Positions 43,301 to 54,418 of a stretch of DNA of 64,000 nucleotides are shown in pieces. The number at the start of each line of letters is the position of its first letter. The stretch's first letter is position 1. Made by a program: the position numbers and the translations under genes. The DNA comes from Eledone cirrhosa (lineage: Eukaryota), in the NCBI GenBank assembly GCA_964016885.1, contig OZ024751.1, positions 4,464,001 through 4,528,000 of the forward strand, written 5' to 3'. Under the pieces are notes generated by a model, which made no database searches, was not told where the DNA came from, and saw only the letters and a program-made list of their open reading frames with translations.

Positions 43301-46040
43301 TCATTTGTATTACACGGCTCAGAAATATCCCTTTCTTTGAGCTATTTAATTGTAGAAGACTATTTGAGTTTATAACTCTATATATAATATTCTCGGCTTC
43401 ATCCGTTGGGCTAATATTTAAGTCCCATAAAACCGGCTGCTATTTTTAGCGGCACGAGTATAGGACGTGCTACAAACTGGGATATATGTGCGTTCAACAA
43501 CACATTTATCGCAGTCTTCCTAAGTATTTTGAAGTGAAACATACCAATTCTGGATACCTGCAGAAGAGCACAGAAATAGGATATTTCACTTAATTGTGGC
43601 GAAACAAATTTAAAGTTAAAAATTTAAAATTTAAATTTGTCCAGGTATCACGGCTATTGCCAATATAGGTTTGTTTTTATTGATTTATTATTTTAAGTCG
43701 AGACAGGCAAACTGTATTATTTTAATTAGTATTTTTCACTCTAGCTGACTTGGTCATTTGCAATGCAAACACTTGTACACTTGTATCAGTGTTTATCCCT
43801 ATCTTATATTCATTTGTATTACACGGCTCAGAAATATCCCTTTCTTTGAGCTATTTAATTGTAAAAGACTATTTGAGTTTATAACTCTATATATAATATT
43901 CTCGGCTCCATGCGTCGGGATAATATTTAGTCCCATAAAACCGGCTGCTATTTTTAGCGGCACGAATATATGACGTGCTACAAACTGGGATATATGTGCG
44001 TTCAACAACACATTTATCGCAGTCTTCCTAAGTATTTTGAAGTGAAACTTACCAATTTCTGGATACCTGCAGAAGAGCACAGGAATAGGAAATTTCACTT
44101 AATTGTTGCGAAACAAATTTAACGTTTAAAATTTAAAATTTAAATTTGTCCAGGTATCACGGCTATTGCCAATATAGGTTTGTTTTTATTGATTTATTAT
44201 TTTAAATCGAGACAGGCAAACCGTATTATTTTAATTAGTATTTTTCAATCTAGCTAACTTAGTCATTTGAAATGCAAACACTTGTATACTTGCATCAGTG
44301 TTTATCCCTATCTTATATTCATTTGTATTACACGGCTCAGAAATATCCCTTTCTTTGAGCGATTTAATTGTAAAAGTCTATTTGAGTTTATAACTCTATA
44401 TATAATATTCTCGGCTCCATGCGTTGAGCTAATATTTAGTCCCATAAAACCGGCTACTATTTTTAGCGGCACGAGTATAGGACGTGCTAGACGCTGGCAT
44501 ACATGTGCGTTCAACAACACATTTATCTCAGTCTTCCTAAGTATTTTGAAGTGAAACATACCAAATTCTGGATACCTGCAGAAGAGCACAGGAATAGGAA
44601 ATTTCACTTAATTGTGGCGAAACAAATTTAAAGTTTAAAATTTAAAATTTAAATTTGTCCAGGTATCACGGCTACTGCCAATATAGGTTTGTTTTTATTG
44701 ATTTATTATTTTAAATCGAGACAGGCAAACCGTATTATTTTATTTAGTATTTTTCAATCTAGCTAACTTGGTCATGTGCAATGCAAACACTTGTACACTT
44801 GTATCAGTGTTTATCCCTATCTTATATTCATTTGTATTACACGGCTCAGAAATATCCCTTTCTTTGAGCTATTTAAATGTAAAAGACTATTTGAGTTCAT
44901 AACTCTATATATACTGTTCTCGGCTCCAAGCGTTGAGCTAATTTTTAGTTCCATTAAACCGGCTGCTATTTTTAGCGGCACGAGTATAGGACGTGCTAGA
45001 CGCTGGGATACATGTACGTTCAACAACACATTTATCTCAGTCTTCCTAAGTAGTTTGAAGTGAATCTTACCAATTTCTGGATACCTGCAGAAGAGCACAG
45101 GAATAGCAAATTTCACTTAATTGTTGCGAAACATATTTAAAGTTTAAAATATAAAATTTAAATTTGTCCAGGTATCACGGCTATTGCCAATATAGGTTAG
45201 TTTTTATTCATTTATTTTTTAAATCGAAACAGGCAAACCGTATTATTTTAATTAGTATTTTTCAATCTAGCTAACTTGGTCATTTGCAATACAAACACTT
45301 GTATACTTGTATCAGTGTTTATCCCTATCGTATATTTATTTCTATTACACGGCTCAGAAATATCCCTTTCTTTGAGCTATTTAATTGTAAAAGACTATTT
45401 GAGTTCATAACTCTATATATAATGTTCTCGGCTCCATGCGTTGAGCTAATTTTTAGTCCCATAAAACCGGCTGCTATTTTTAGCGGCACGAGTATAGGAC
45501 GTGCTAGAGGGTGGGATGCATGTACGTTCAACAACACATTTATCTCAGTCTTCCTAAGTATTTTGAAGTGAAACTTACCAATTTCTGGATACCTGCAGAA
45601 GAGCAAAGGAATAGGAAATTTCACTTAATTGTTGCGAAACCAATTTAACGTTAAAAATTTAAAATTTAAATTTGTCCAGGTATCACGGCTATTGCCAATA
45701 TAGGTTTGTTTTTATTGATTTATCATTTGAAATCGAGACAGGCAAACCGTATTATTTTAATTAGTATTTTTCAATCTAGCTAACTTGGTCATTTGCAATG
45801 CAAACACATGTATACTTGTATCAGTTTTTATCCCTATCGTATATTCATTTGTATTACACGGCTCAGAAATATCCCTTTCTTTGAGCTATTTAATTGTAAA
45901 AGACTATTTGAGTTTATAACTCTATATATAATATTCTCGGCTCCATGCGTTGAGCAAATTTTTAGTCCCATAAAACCGGCTGCTATTTTTAGCGGCACGA
46001 GTATAGGATGTGCTAGAAACTGTGATATATGTGCGTTCAA

Positions 46041-47183
46041 GGCCCCCCTCTTCTCGACCAGGAGTTATCTGATGCGCTCATCGTTTTCATCAAACCAGTC
46101 CTGCTGGACTCACTTCCTCGGCCCGATGATTGCCTTGGCTGACTCTCTCACCAGCGACCTGAACTGTTCCCACTGTTGAGTTGGGGGTCCGGTCAGTGCT
46201 CTATGGGCAGCCAGCCGGCCGTCCAGGTCTTCTGCGAACGCATCACGATGCTCTGGTTGCTTGAGTCGTGCGACGTCGAAAGCTCACCTACAGACTTTCG
46301 GAGCCTTGGGATGCGTCGGGGTGATGTGCAGTGACAGGATGGTCCTGACAAGGCGATGGTCGGTCCAACTCTCTGCACCAGGCATGGCTCTGGTGATTCT
46401 GACGTCACGCTTTCAAGGGTAAAACCGCCAACCGCGGTAGACTGGCCGGCTTTGTGGGACGAGCATTTGGTTAGGGCTCCTTTTATCGCCCCTCCCCTCG
46501 TGCGTGGGTGAGCAGTGCTCCCCTGAAAAGGGCTGCTCAGTCTCCCGGTGGTATGCCTGATCTCCTCTGTCATCTCAGGGTCAGGAGGAGAACGACTTTC
46601 GCATCTAGGCCGCCCACGTGTGGGTTTGAGACTGGCAACTCCCAGAGGTTACCTCCGCCTCTCGCCCATCGCCGCAGGGCTTTGGGAGTGCACGCTAAAG
46701 AAGAAACCTGTGCGGGAAAGGTTTATAGTGGGAAGGCCAGTGCACAGTGACGGTCCCACTCACTCGGCCGCAGAAGCCAGAATCGGGTGATACGGAGGAC
46801 GGTCACAACTAGGGACTTCCTTGGCTGCAGTGGATGGCCACGACGTCTGTAATACGTTGCCATGCCCTAGTGCTCCACACCGCTTGCTGTCGCCGCCTTC
46901 GTGACTGTTGGGACGATGTTGTCCTCCTCCACTCACTCCGCCGAGTCCAGTCTTCGCATGCAGGGGCAGGCATCCCCTATCTAACTCACCAGGGGGGGGG
47001 GTCACACCCGTCCGGCTACCCTCAACCTGGTTCGGCCCCGCCAGCCAAGACGGTTTACCAGGGTGTGGCCGCAGTCGCATGCTACAGCTTATTGGGGCCA
47101 AAGGTGAGAGCTGAGCGTCAGGTGGGACCCAATGAAGGACGAGCTGTCCTGAAAAGGGCTTGGCTAGCCCCCCCCCACCCCCC
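46041..47183 (-). mobile_element. RTE-clade (BovB-like) LINE 5' fragment: GC-rich 5' region plus the end of the APE endonuclease and linker, internally deleted and 3' truncated
   Basis: The minus strand reads RDVRITRAMPGAESWTDHRLVR (about 46410-46345) and QQWEQFRSLVRESAKAIIGPRK*VQQDWFDENDERIR*LLVEKR (about 46178-46047). These are typical RTE motifs with in-frame stops. GC content jumps sharply here. Confidence 0.8.
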
Positions 47184-47184
47184 A

Positions 47185-47392
47185 AATAGGGTATATGATT
47201 AAAACATTACCTTAATATCTGCCTCAGATGAGCCCCATTGGGCGAAGCATGTGTAAGAGCTTTGTAAAGATATGATTTAACGGCTTGTAGCTCTTTACAA
47301 ATCATATCTTTACAAAGCTCTTACACATGCTTCGCCCAATGGGGCTCATCTGAGGCAGATATTAAGGTAATGTTTTAATCATATACCCTATT
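47185..47392. repeat. Perfect inverted repeat, 94-bp arms (47185-47278 and 47299-47392), 20-bp spacer; probable PLE pseudo-LTR fold-back
   Basis: aatagggtatatgatt...gatatgattt is the exact reverse complement of aaatcatatc...aatcatataccctatt. Confidence 0.95.
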
Positions 47393-49605
47393 CGGATAAA
47401 ATAATAATTTTACATCACAGTGCATATTAAATACACGTGGTTAAGTATAAAACACGGTGGGAAGAGATTAGTATGCTAAGGGGGTAATTACCGGTGATAT
47501 TAAAACGTTTCTTCTCTAACTTAATGACCACTGCCAGCTATGTAAAATGTTTTATTTTATTATTTAAAAGGAATTAACATAAGTAGAGTTGATTAACTCA
47601 GTGTAAATGAGGCCGTGTTAAGGTGTGAGTATGAATAATTAGTAAAGTCGTTAAAGACCACACACAGGTTTAACTAGTGCAATGGTGCACGTTAGGTGCG
47701 AATCCGAAGGCATAGAAAAATAATGTCAATTTGGATATAATTTGTATATTCATATGATCGATTGTCTAAGAAATTGCTTGGGTATAGGGAGCAGTTCTGT
47801 AAGATTAGCCAAAGACTAGTCTGGTCAAGTGGAAGAATACAGCGGTGTAGGCCCGGCTGAACATACGCAGTGCGGCTTCCTAGTGGGAAAACAGGGTGGA
47901 TGATGGTGTTATTCCACGTTGTTTAATGGTAAGTCTACCGCCGGTAAGTCAGGCCAGAGTGTGGTGTTGAGAGCATCAGGTGTTATGGGGGTTATACAGT
48001 TGTTGGGGCCCATCTGTAGAAAAATTGTTGTAGTCGATGGCCGCAATTGACGACAGTTTCGGTCCGACTATTTATGAGCTCTTGCACTATATAAAACAGT
48101 TCCATTAGGCAGAGTTGGCAGCTTTTTTTAAATATTGTATGGTGTTGCTTGGTTCACAATTCCCCAATGAGTGGTGTAGCTAAAGTTAGAGTCGTTTAAT
48201 TGGGTAATATAGTTAGCGAGGGAGGTAGAGTATCTAAGATTCCTATTCCTAAAAGAGTGGAGATGCGCTCGAAATCTGGTCTTGAACGTCCCAGAAGTAG
48301 CTCCTATGTAAGACTTAGCACTATTATGACTAGTAACCGTGCATCTATATATAACGTTTCTAGTCAAGCAGTAGCCTCGGAGTGGACAGTCCACATGGTT
48401 ACGACAATTGCAATGATTTTTGTTGTTACCTCTAAGGCGGTGAGTGTTGGTGTTAATCGTATTATTATTATTATCACCATCACCATAGCTACCATAGTTG
48501 TAGTTGGCATTATTATAGCTATAAACACGCGAAATGGTGCAACGCTCACCTCTCGTGGTATAGTCTCTTCTACAGCCGTTGTTAGAGCCGCTATGGTTTC
48601 TAACCCTGTCGTCGGTCACACTACTGCTGCAGCAGTTAGTTTCTAATGTGGTGCTATTGTGTAATCTACTGCTAATACTAATATACCTGTTCTGGTTACT
48701 ACTATCGTTGTCGTGTGGGGCGAGAGAATTGTTAAGATTAACCGAGTTGTCATATTCCCTAAAATTCTCATTACTAGCATGTTGTATTCTAGTGAGCTTG
48801 CTGTGGTTACTTATTGCTATGAGGTCGGCTAGATTAGGAGATTTTTACGTTATTCTTATTGAGGATTTTTCTGTATCTGTGGTTGGGTGGAAAGTTCCTC
48901 TCTCAGGCGTCGAAAAAGGTACTGGATAAATACTGAGATGGAACCATAGGACATTACGGTGGTGATTACGCGTAGTTCTGGGGTTACTATCATATTTACC
49001 TTACTGTATGTGGCATATTTAGGTGGTAACTGTAGTATGGACAGTTTATCAGGATTAATGCTAGTGTTGCCGTATATATGTGTTGTTATTATTGAAATCG
49101 TTGGTTAATGAGACGTCCGCCATGTTTATTCCATCAAGCTTATCTGGGTGTTTCTTCCTATTTTCTAAAGTTTCTTGTTTTAGTTTCATCAGTTTGAGCC
49201 ACGTTAATTTATTGTTAAAATATTTGTTGCATGTCTGTATAATGTTTATAAATTCTGATTTTTCTCTTGGTGTTAATTTTTGCATTAGGTTACGTTTTCA
49301 TTTTTCTTGTTGGCTTAATTCTATGTAAATTTTCTCTTTTATGTTTAGAATCAGTGTTTGTTTGAGCCTATCAGCTTGTCTTTTGGTTAGTTGGAGTCTT
49401 CTTACATTGGTGTTGATGGTGTAGGTGTAAAGTCTGGACGAAGTACATTATTTTATGAAGTGAAGTTGTCGAGATGTTATTGTTTTCTTTGGACAACAGA
49501 ATATGATGGTTTTCAGTATCTTTTTAGTCTGGCTAAGGCTTACGATAATTTGTTCTTGAATTTCTTTTGTGAGATTTCTTATCTGAAAACGTGTGTTGAA
49601 ACAGA
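47279..49605 (-). mobile_element. Decayed Penelope-like element with N-terminal remnant, RT core apparently deleted, GIY-YIG endonuclease, 3' UTR and pLTR
   Basis: Minus ORF 48128-48619 contains CNCRNHVDCPLRGYCLTRNVIYRCTV...SYIGATSGTFKTRFRAHLHSF. A frameshifted CQLCLME follows, and an RNVLWF remnant lies near 48945. No RT catalytic motifs were seen. The boundaries are approximate. Confidence 0.7.
48020..48420 (-). pseudogene. PLE GIY-YIG endonuclease domain, frameshifted
   Basis: VIY...YIG motif pair, conserved R and H, Cys-rich linker upstream, frameshift after PYNI. Confidence 0.85.
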
Positions 49606-50133
49606 TATTGTTATACTTTGGGAGGGTCATGTTGCCAATAAAAACACACGCACCTGTTGGATTTCATTTCAATTTATATTAAATTTCCGGTTGGTTGGTT
49701 GCTTCGATAACTGGAAGGTTGTTTATATATTGTCAAAGCTCTTTCGTCGCACATTCTGTGACCTCATCAGTGACTGGGTTTTTATTTTGTGTGTCTCTCC
49801 TTTGTTTTTTTCTACACCAGGTAGGATTAACTGCAAAACTATGAACATAGTATATAGCATAAGATGTACTGAGGGACAGTGTAGGAATAAGAATATAACA
49901 TACATAGGTGAAACAGCCCGTAGCATAGGAGAAAGGATAAATGAACACTGGCGAGAACTCCAGGATGGGAAAAACTCATCAGTACGCCACCAACAAGCCA
50001 AAATAGAACATAAGAGAACATAGAGATAAAAATGATATCCACAGAGAGAAAAGATACAATGCTCAGACAAATCACAGAGGCAACGAATATAAACGAACTC
50101 CAACCAAAATTAAACAGAAAACACGAGTGGAAT
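49606..50133 (+). mobile_element. Short fragment of a second PLE family (Naiad-like): inverted pLTR (49606-~49815, minus) joined to a plus-strand GIY-YIG remnant
   Basis: INCKTMNIVYSIRCTEGQCRNKNITYIGETARSIGERINEHW is nearly identical to the 62145-62879 ORF. 49606-49780 matches 61706-61917. Confidence 0.85.
49732..49774 (-). ncRNA. Minimal type I hammerhead ribozyme motif in a PLE pLTR
   Basis: Minus strand gtca CTGATGA g gtcacagaatgtgcga c GAAA gagc TT tgac. Stem I is gtca/tgac and the core boxes are intact. Stems II and III are imperfect. Confidence 0.65.
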
Positions 50134-50239
50134 TGGAGAAGTTATTGGCGATAGGAATAATAGTTTCTTGATTTAGAATGGGATTAAGAACATTTAGCGA
50201 AGTTGTGTTTGACGTTGTATTTGGGTTTGCAGAAATTAG

Positions 50240-50243
<4 letters not shown>
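50132..50243 (-). mobile_element. 112-bp inverted copy of an internal segment (52013-52124) of the adjacent PLE
   Basis: The reverse complement matches taggctaatttctacaaacac...ataacttctccaat with 3 mismatches. Confidence 0.9.
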
Positions 50244-50277
<34 letters not shown>

Positions 50278-50307
50278 AACAAAAGATGGTTAAAAGAGTT
50301 CCATGTA

Positions 50308-50374
50308 TTTTATTATGCGCATTTCAAAAACAAATATCGTCATGCAATAATATTTGTGTTTTCATCAGATAAAA
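50308..50374 (-). ncRNA. Type I hammerhead ribozyme (inverted pLTR copy)
   Basis: Exact reverse complement of the motif at 53503-53569. Confidence 0.85.
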
Positions 50375-50569
50375 CAGGAAGACATGATATGAAGGTTAAA
50401 AAACACTTGTGGATAGTTCAGTTTTAAATCAACATATGAGAAGTAGTTTTAGATTGATGTGTGATATTGGGAAAAATATTTTATTTAGAGGGGGGTGGAA
50501 AGGATGAAAAAGAGTTACCCTTACAAAGGACAAGAGCACCTTGTAAATCTCAATTTCAAACCTAAATTC

Positions 50570-52583
50570 CCCCAAAAAATGTTTTAGTCCACTCTGACAA
50601 AACCAATAACTTATATGGTATTTCCAAGGATAATTATAACAACCTTATCCTAAAGGAACTTAGGAAAAAATATCGTAAAACCAACCATGAAAATTTAGAA
50701 TACATAAACTTTGAAGCCTCTGAGATTATGTCAAAACTTGGCATTGAAAAAAAGACAGAACCATTCCTCCCAAGAACTCCGAGGATAAATCTCAAGGATC
50801 ACAAAAACAATTTTCGCACTGAACTACCTGTTAGATTAATCGCCCCCTCTAAATCAGATCTGGGGGTTGTTAGTAAAGCCATCTTGGATAGAATTATCCC
50901 ACAGGTTCGTTCTAATTGCTCTTCTTTGAACCTAAATTTATGGTTTGGTACTTCTGAAGTGATTAGCTGGTTCAACAAATTGAATAATAAAAACAAACTA
51001 AAATTTGTTCAATTTGATATTGCCAGCTACTATTCTTCTATTTCGCCTTCACTTCTCAATAATGCTCTATCTTTCGCACTTAAATATTCTGACATCACCA
51101 CAGATGAACTTCACATCATTCTCACCGCACGTAAAACCATCCTAGAGTTCAACAACGAATATTGGACCTCTAACAACTTCGACATCACAATGGGAGCATC
51201 CGATTCATCCCAATTGACAGATTTAATTGGTATCTTATTTTGAACTCTTTGAGTCGGAAAATTCCTCAACTTCGCGGTGGAATTTATCGTGACGATGGAC
51301 TCTTTACTATCTTAAATTGCAACATAGTTAACCTTAATATTATTAAGAACAATATACGTAATCTCTTTAACCAACATAACCTAAAAATTGAATTTGATAA
51401 CAGCATCAAACTAGCTAATTTCTTGGATGTATCTCTTAATCTTGACACTGACCTATATTACCCTTACCATAAAAACAATGAGAACCTAAATTATGTTAAC
51501 TTTAAATCTAACCATCCTACTAATATCAAGAATGCTATAGTTAGTAATATTGGAAAAAGAATATCTAACCTATCTTCTAATAAAAACATCTTTGATGCTA
51601 ACGCCAATTACTATAATAACGCGCTTTCTAAAGTCGGCTATCCTGATAAAATCAAATATAGTAAAGAAACAAATTCTAGAAGAAATTACAGTAGAATAAT
51701 TAATCATAATCATTCCAATAACTTTAATAAAAGACCTAGATACAAAAACATAATCTGGTATAATGCTCCTTTCTCCATCTCTATTAATAACAGTATTCCT
51801 AAATTATTCTTTAGTGCCTTAAATAAATGCTTCCCTCCCTCACATATCTATAGTAAAATATTTAACAAACACACTATAAAATTTTCCTAATTTACATCCT
51901 CCAACATTTCCAACATTATCTCTAAACACAACAATAAAATACTAAATACTAAATCTCTTCCTTCCAACACTGAATATCATAATAATAGTACTCCCGACGT
52001 CATTGTAAACCCTAGGCTAATTTCTACAAACACAAATACAACGTCAAACACAACTTCGCTAAATGTTCTTAATCCCATTCTAAATCAAGAAACTATTATT
52101 CCTATCGCAAATAACTTCTCCAATCCAATTCCTTCTATAGATAACACTAGGTCACTCATTAATAATCTCTCTAATCGCAATTGCAATTGCCCTATTAAAA
52201 ATAAATGGCCTCTCAACAACCATTGTCTTGATAAAAACTTAATTTACGAATGTAAAGTTATAACTGACACCAATTCCTTCACCTATTTTGGCTCCACTTC
52301 CACCTCTTTTAAAGCTCGTCTTTATAATCATCATTCGTCTTTTAAATACAAACTTAAAAGAAGCAACACGGCTCTCTCAGAACTCATATGGTCCTTGAAA
52401 GACAAAAATATTAAATATAGCATCTTTTGGAAGAAGGTTTCTTCTGCGTCTCTATACTTGAACAGTTCTCTATCCAAAATTTGCAATCTCTGTCTAAATG
52501 AAAAATTTACCATTATTTCTAATTTAGATTCTATAATAAATAGACGCACTGACTTGTTTTCTATCTTCTTTCTATCTGCATAA
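50570..52583 (+). pseudogene. PLE reverse transcriptase plus GIY-YIG endonuclease, disrupted
   Basis: Motifs in order: VLVHSDKTNNLY, PVRLIAPSKSDLG, FVQFDIASYYSSI, FDITMGASDS, a frameshift near 51240, GIYRDDG, NFLDVSLNL, IIWYNAPFS, a stop at 51890, then CNCP...LIYECKV...TYFGSTSTSFKARLYNH...CNLCLNEK. Confidence 0.92.
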
Positions 52584-53502
52584 AACATTTCACAAAGTAT
52601 ACAGCTAATATTCAATTCTTTATCAATTTAGAATCTTTTTCTCAAAGGCACATATATATATATATATATACACTTCTTTTAAAAATATATCCATCTTTCT
52701 ACCTTATTTCAAAGGTTATTATACATTCTATAATACTTGTTACTCATTCTACATCGCTCCTATTTATCACTTCCCTTTCTTCTCTTCTTCTTTTAATGTC
52801 TAACCCCTAATCTGTACCTTTTCTCACTCTTGCCTAACATAGAATCAATTATTACATAATACAATACATTCTTACTCTATATCACCTTGTAAAAATCCTT
52901 CGTAAACATATACATTTTTTGACGTTAGATTATTCATCCTCAATTCATTATTCTTTTCTCCCTTTCATCTAACTCATTCATGCTCATCTCACAATATTTT
53001 CCTTACTTAATTAACTTGTTATTCCTTTTAATAATACATATCAACATTTTCTTAACATCGCACATATTATTAAACCTTTTATTATTCTCAATACATATTA
53101 ACATTTTCTTTTTCATCGCACATATTATCAAACCCCTCAATATACAAACCTTAACTTTACATTATTTTTCTCTTCGTTAATTTTCAAATTCTTTTAATTT
53201 ATACATTATCTTCCAACGGTTTTCAACCTCTCTATGTAAAACAATATATCTTTCTCAGTTATAAAAGCTATATCTCTCTCTCTCTCTCTATCACCCATCT
53301 CTCCTCCTATCTCATCCTTCCTCATTATACTCCTCCCTCTCCACTTTTTACTCTCATCTCCTCCTCTTTTTCATCCTTTCCACCCCCTCTAAATAAAATA
53401 TTTTTCCCAATATCACACATCAATCTAAAACTACTTCTCATATGTTGATTTAAAACTGAACTATCCACAAGTGTTTTTTAACCTTCATATCATGTCTTCC
53501 TG

Positions 53503-53569
53503 TTTTATCTGATGAAAACACAAATATTATTGCATGACGATATTTGTTTTTGAAATGCGCATAATAAAA
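53503..53569 (+). ncRNA. Type I hammerhead ribozyme with minimal palindromic stem III
   Basis: ttttat CTGATGA aaacacaaatat...atatttgttttt GAAA t gcgc ATA ataaaa. Stem I is ttttat/ataaaa, stem II is long, stem III is the palindrome ATGCGCAT. Predicted cleavage is after 53563. Confidence 0.88.
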
Positions 53570-53694
53570 TACATGGAACTCTTTTAACCATCTTTTGTTC
53601 TTATATATTATGTATACTCCAGTCCTACAAACTGTAGAGTGCTTCTTATCCGATATCTGCATTGCTTTATTGTACTACAATAAAACTCACCTCC

Positions 53695-53697
<3 letters not shown>

Positions 53698-53752
<55 letters not shown>

Positions 53753-53795
53753 AATATATATATATATATATACATATATACATACATATATATAC

Positions 53796-53847
<52 letters not shown>

Positions 53848-53885
53848 ATATATATATACATATATATATATATAGATAGATAGAT
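53698..53885. repeat. (TA)n/(TACA) microsatellite
   Basis: Direct inspection. Confidence 0.95.
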
Positions 53886-53901
53886 GAGATTCTACAGGAC
53901 T

Positions 53902-53966
53902 AGAACTGTTTCATTCTTTAGAAATCATCAGGATTCCTGATGATTTCTAAGGAATGAAACAGTTCT
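53902..53966. repeat. 65-bp palindrome (32-bp arms, 1 mismatch) made of two head-to-head hammerhead cores
   Basis: agaactgtttcattctttagaaatcatcagga t tcctgatgatttctaaggaatgaaacagttct. Each arm reads CTGATGA t ttc taag gaa t GAAAC. Confidence 0.85.
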
Positions 53967-53999
53967 CTCTGGTGTGTTACCTTTTCAACATATTGTATC

Positions 54000-54000
<1 letters not shown>

Positions 54001-54081
<81 letters not shown>

Positions 54082-54138
54082 CATATATATATATACATAT
54101 ATATACATACATATATATATACATTTATATATACATAC
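54001..54138. repeat. (TA)n microsatellite
   Basis: Direct inspection. Confidence 0.95.
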
Positions 54139-54184
54139 ATTACTTCAAAATATTATTAAATATAGACATTCCTGTGATCAAATA

Positions 54185-54250
54185 TATTTTATTATACATA
54201 TTTCAGAGGTACTGAGCTATTTCATCAGTACGTCCTCATCAGATAAAATA
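54185..54250 (-). ncRNA. Type I hammerhead ribozyme (mirror copy in the fold-back)
   Basis: Reverse complement of 54353-54418. Confidence 0.8.
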
Positions 54251-54352
54251 AATTATTGTCTGACATACCTCAACTGTGCTGATGGTTCAATTCCACTCCT
54301 GGCAGACTGGAATTGAGCCATCAGCACAGTTGAGGTATGTCAGACAATAATT

Positions 54353-54418
54353 TATTTTATCTGATGAGGACGTACTGATGAAATAGCTCAGTACCTCTGA
54401 AATATGTATAATAAAATA
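54353..54418 (+). ncRNA. Type I hammerhead ribozyme
   Basis: tattttat CTGATGA ggacgtactga tgaaatagc tcagtacctct GAAA t atgt ATA ataaaata. Stem I is 8 bp, stem II includes gtactga/tcagtac, stem III is minimal. Predicted cleavage is after 54410. Confidence 0.82.

Larger units (their letters stand above)
1..46040. repeat. Tandem satellite array, monomer about 509-512 bp (498-512), about 90 copies, continuing off the left edge
   Basis: The same sequence recurs every ~510 bp (tgtattaca at 1 and 510; equivalent ORF starts at 2972, 3481, 3990, 4499, 5008 and onward). The last monomer is cut at gtgcgttcaa (46040). Confidence 0.98.
50269..53608 (+). mobile_element. 5'-truncated Penelope-like element flanked by inverted ~245-bp pseudo-LTRs (50269-50514 and 53364-53608)
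   Basis: RT and GIY-YIG remnants lie between two near-identical inverted repeats (one G/C-run indel seen), each carrying a hammerhead motif. The left end abuts a (TA)n tract. Confidence 0.93.

Noticed and set aside
366-46040. About 170 near-identical 70-105 aa ORFs on both strands (MQCKHLYTC... and MKFPIPVLFC...) as a tandem gene family
   Set aside because: They mostly have non-ATG starts, overlap in antisense and show no recognisable domain. They are freely broken by +2 and -1 indels and stops in many monomers, so they just reflect the satellite period.
1-46040. CRISPR array or other repeat-spacer system
   Set aside because: There are no unique spacers and no cas genes. The whole 510-bp unit is repeated and the context is eukaryotic.
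46193-47202. GC-rich overlapping ORFs as a host gene or CpG-island promoter
   Set aside because: The region is explained by the RTE LINE 5' part, and the listed ORFs are off-frame or antisense with no domain.
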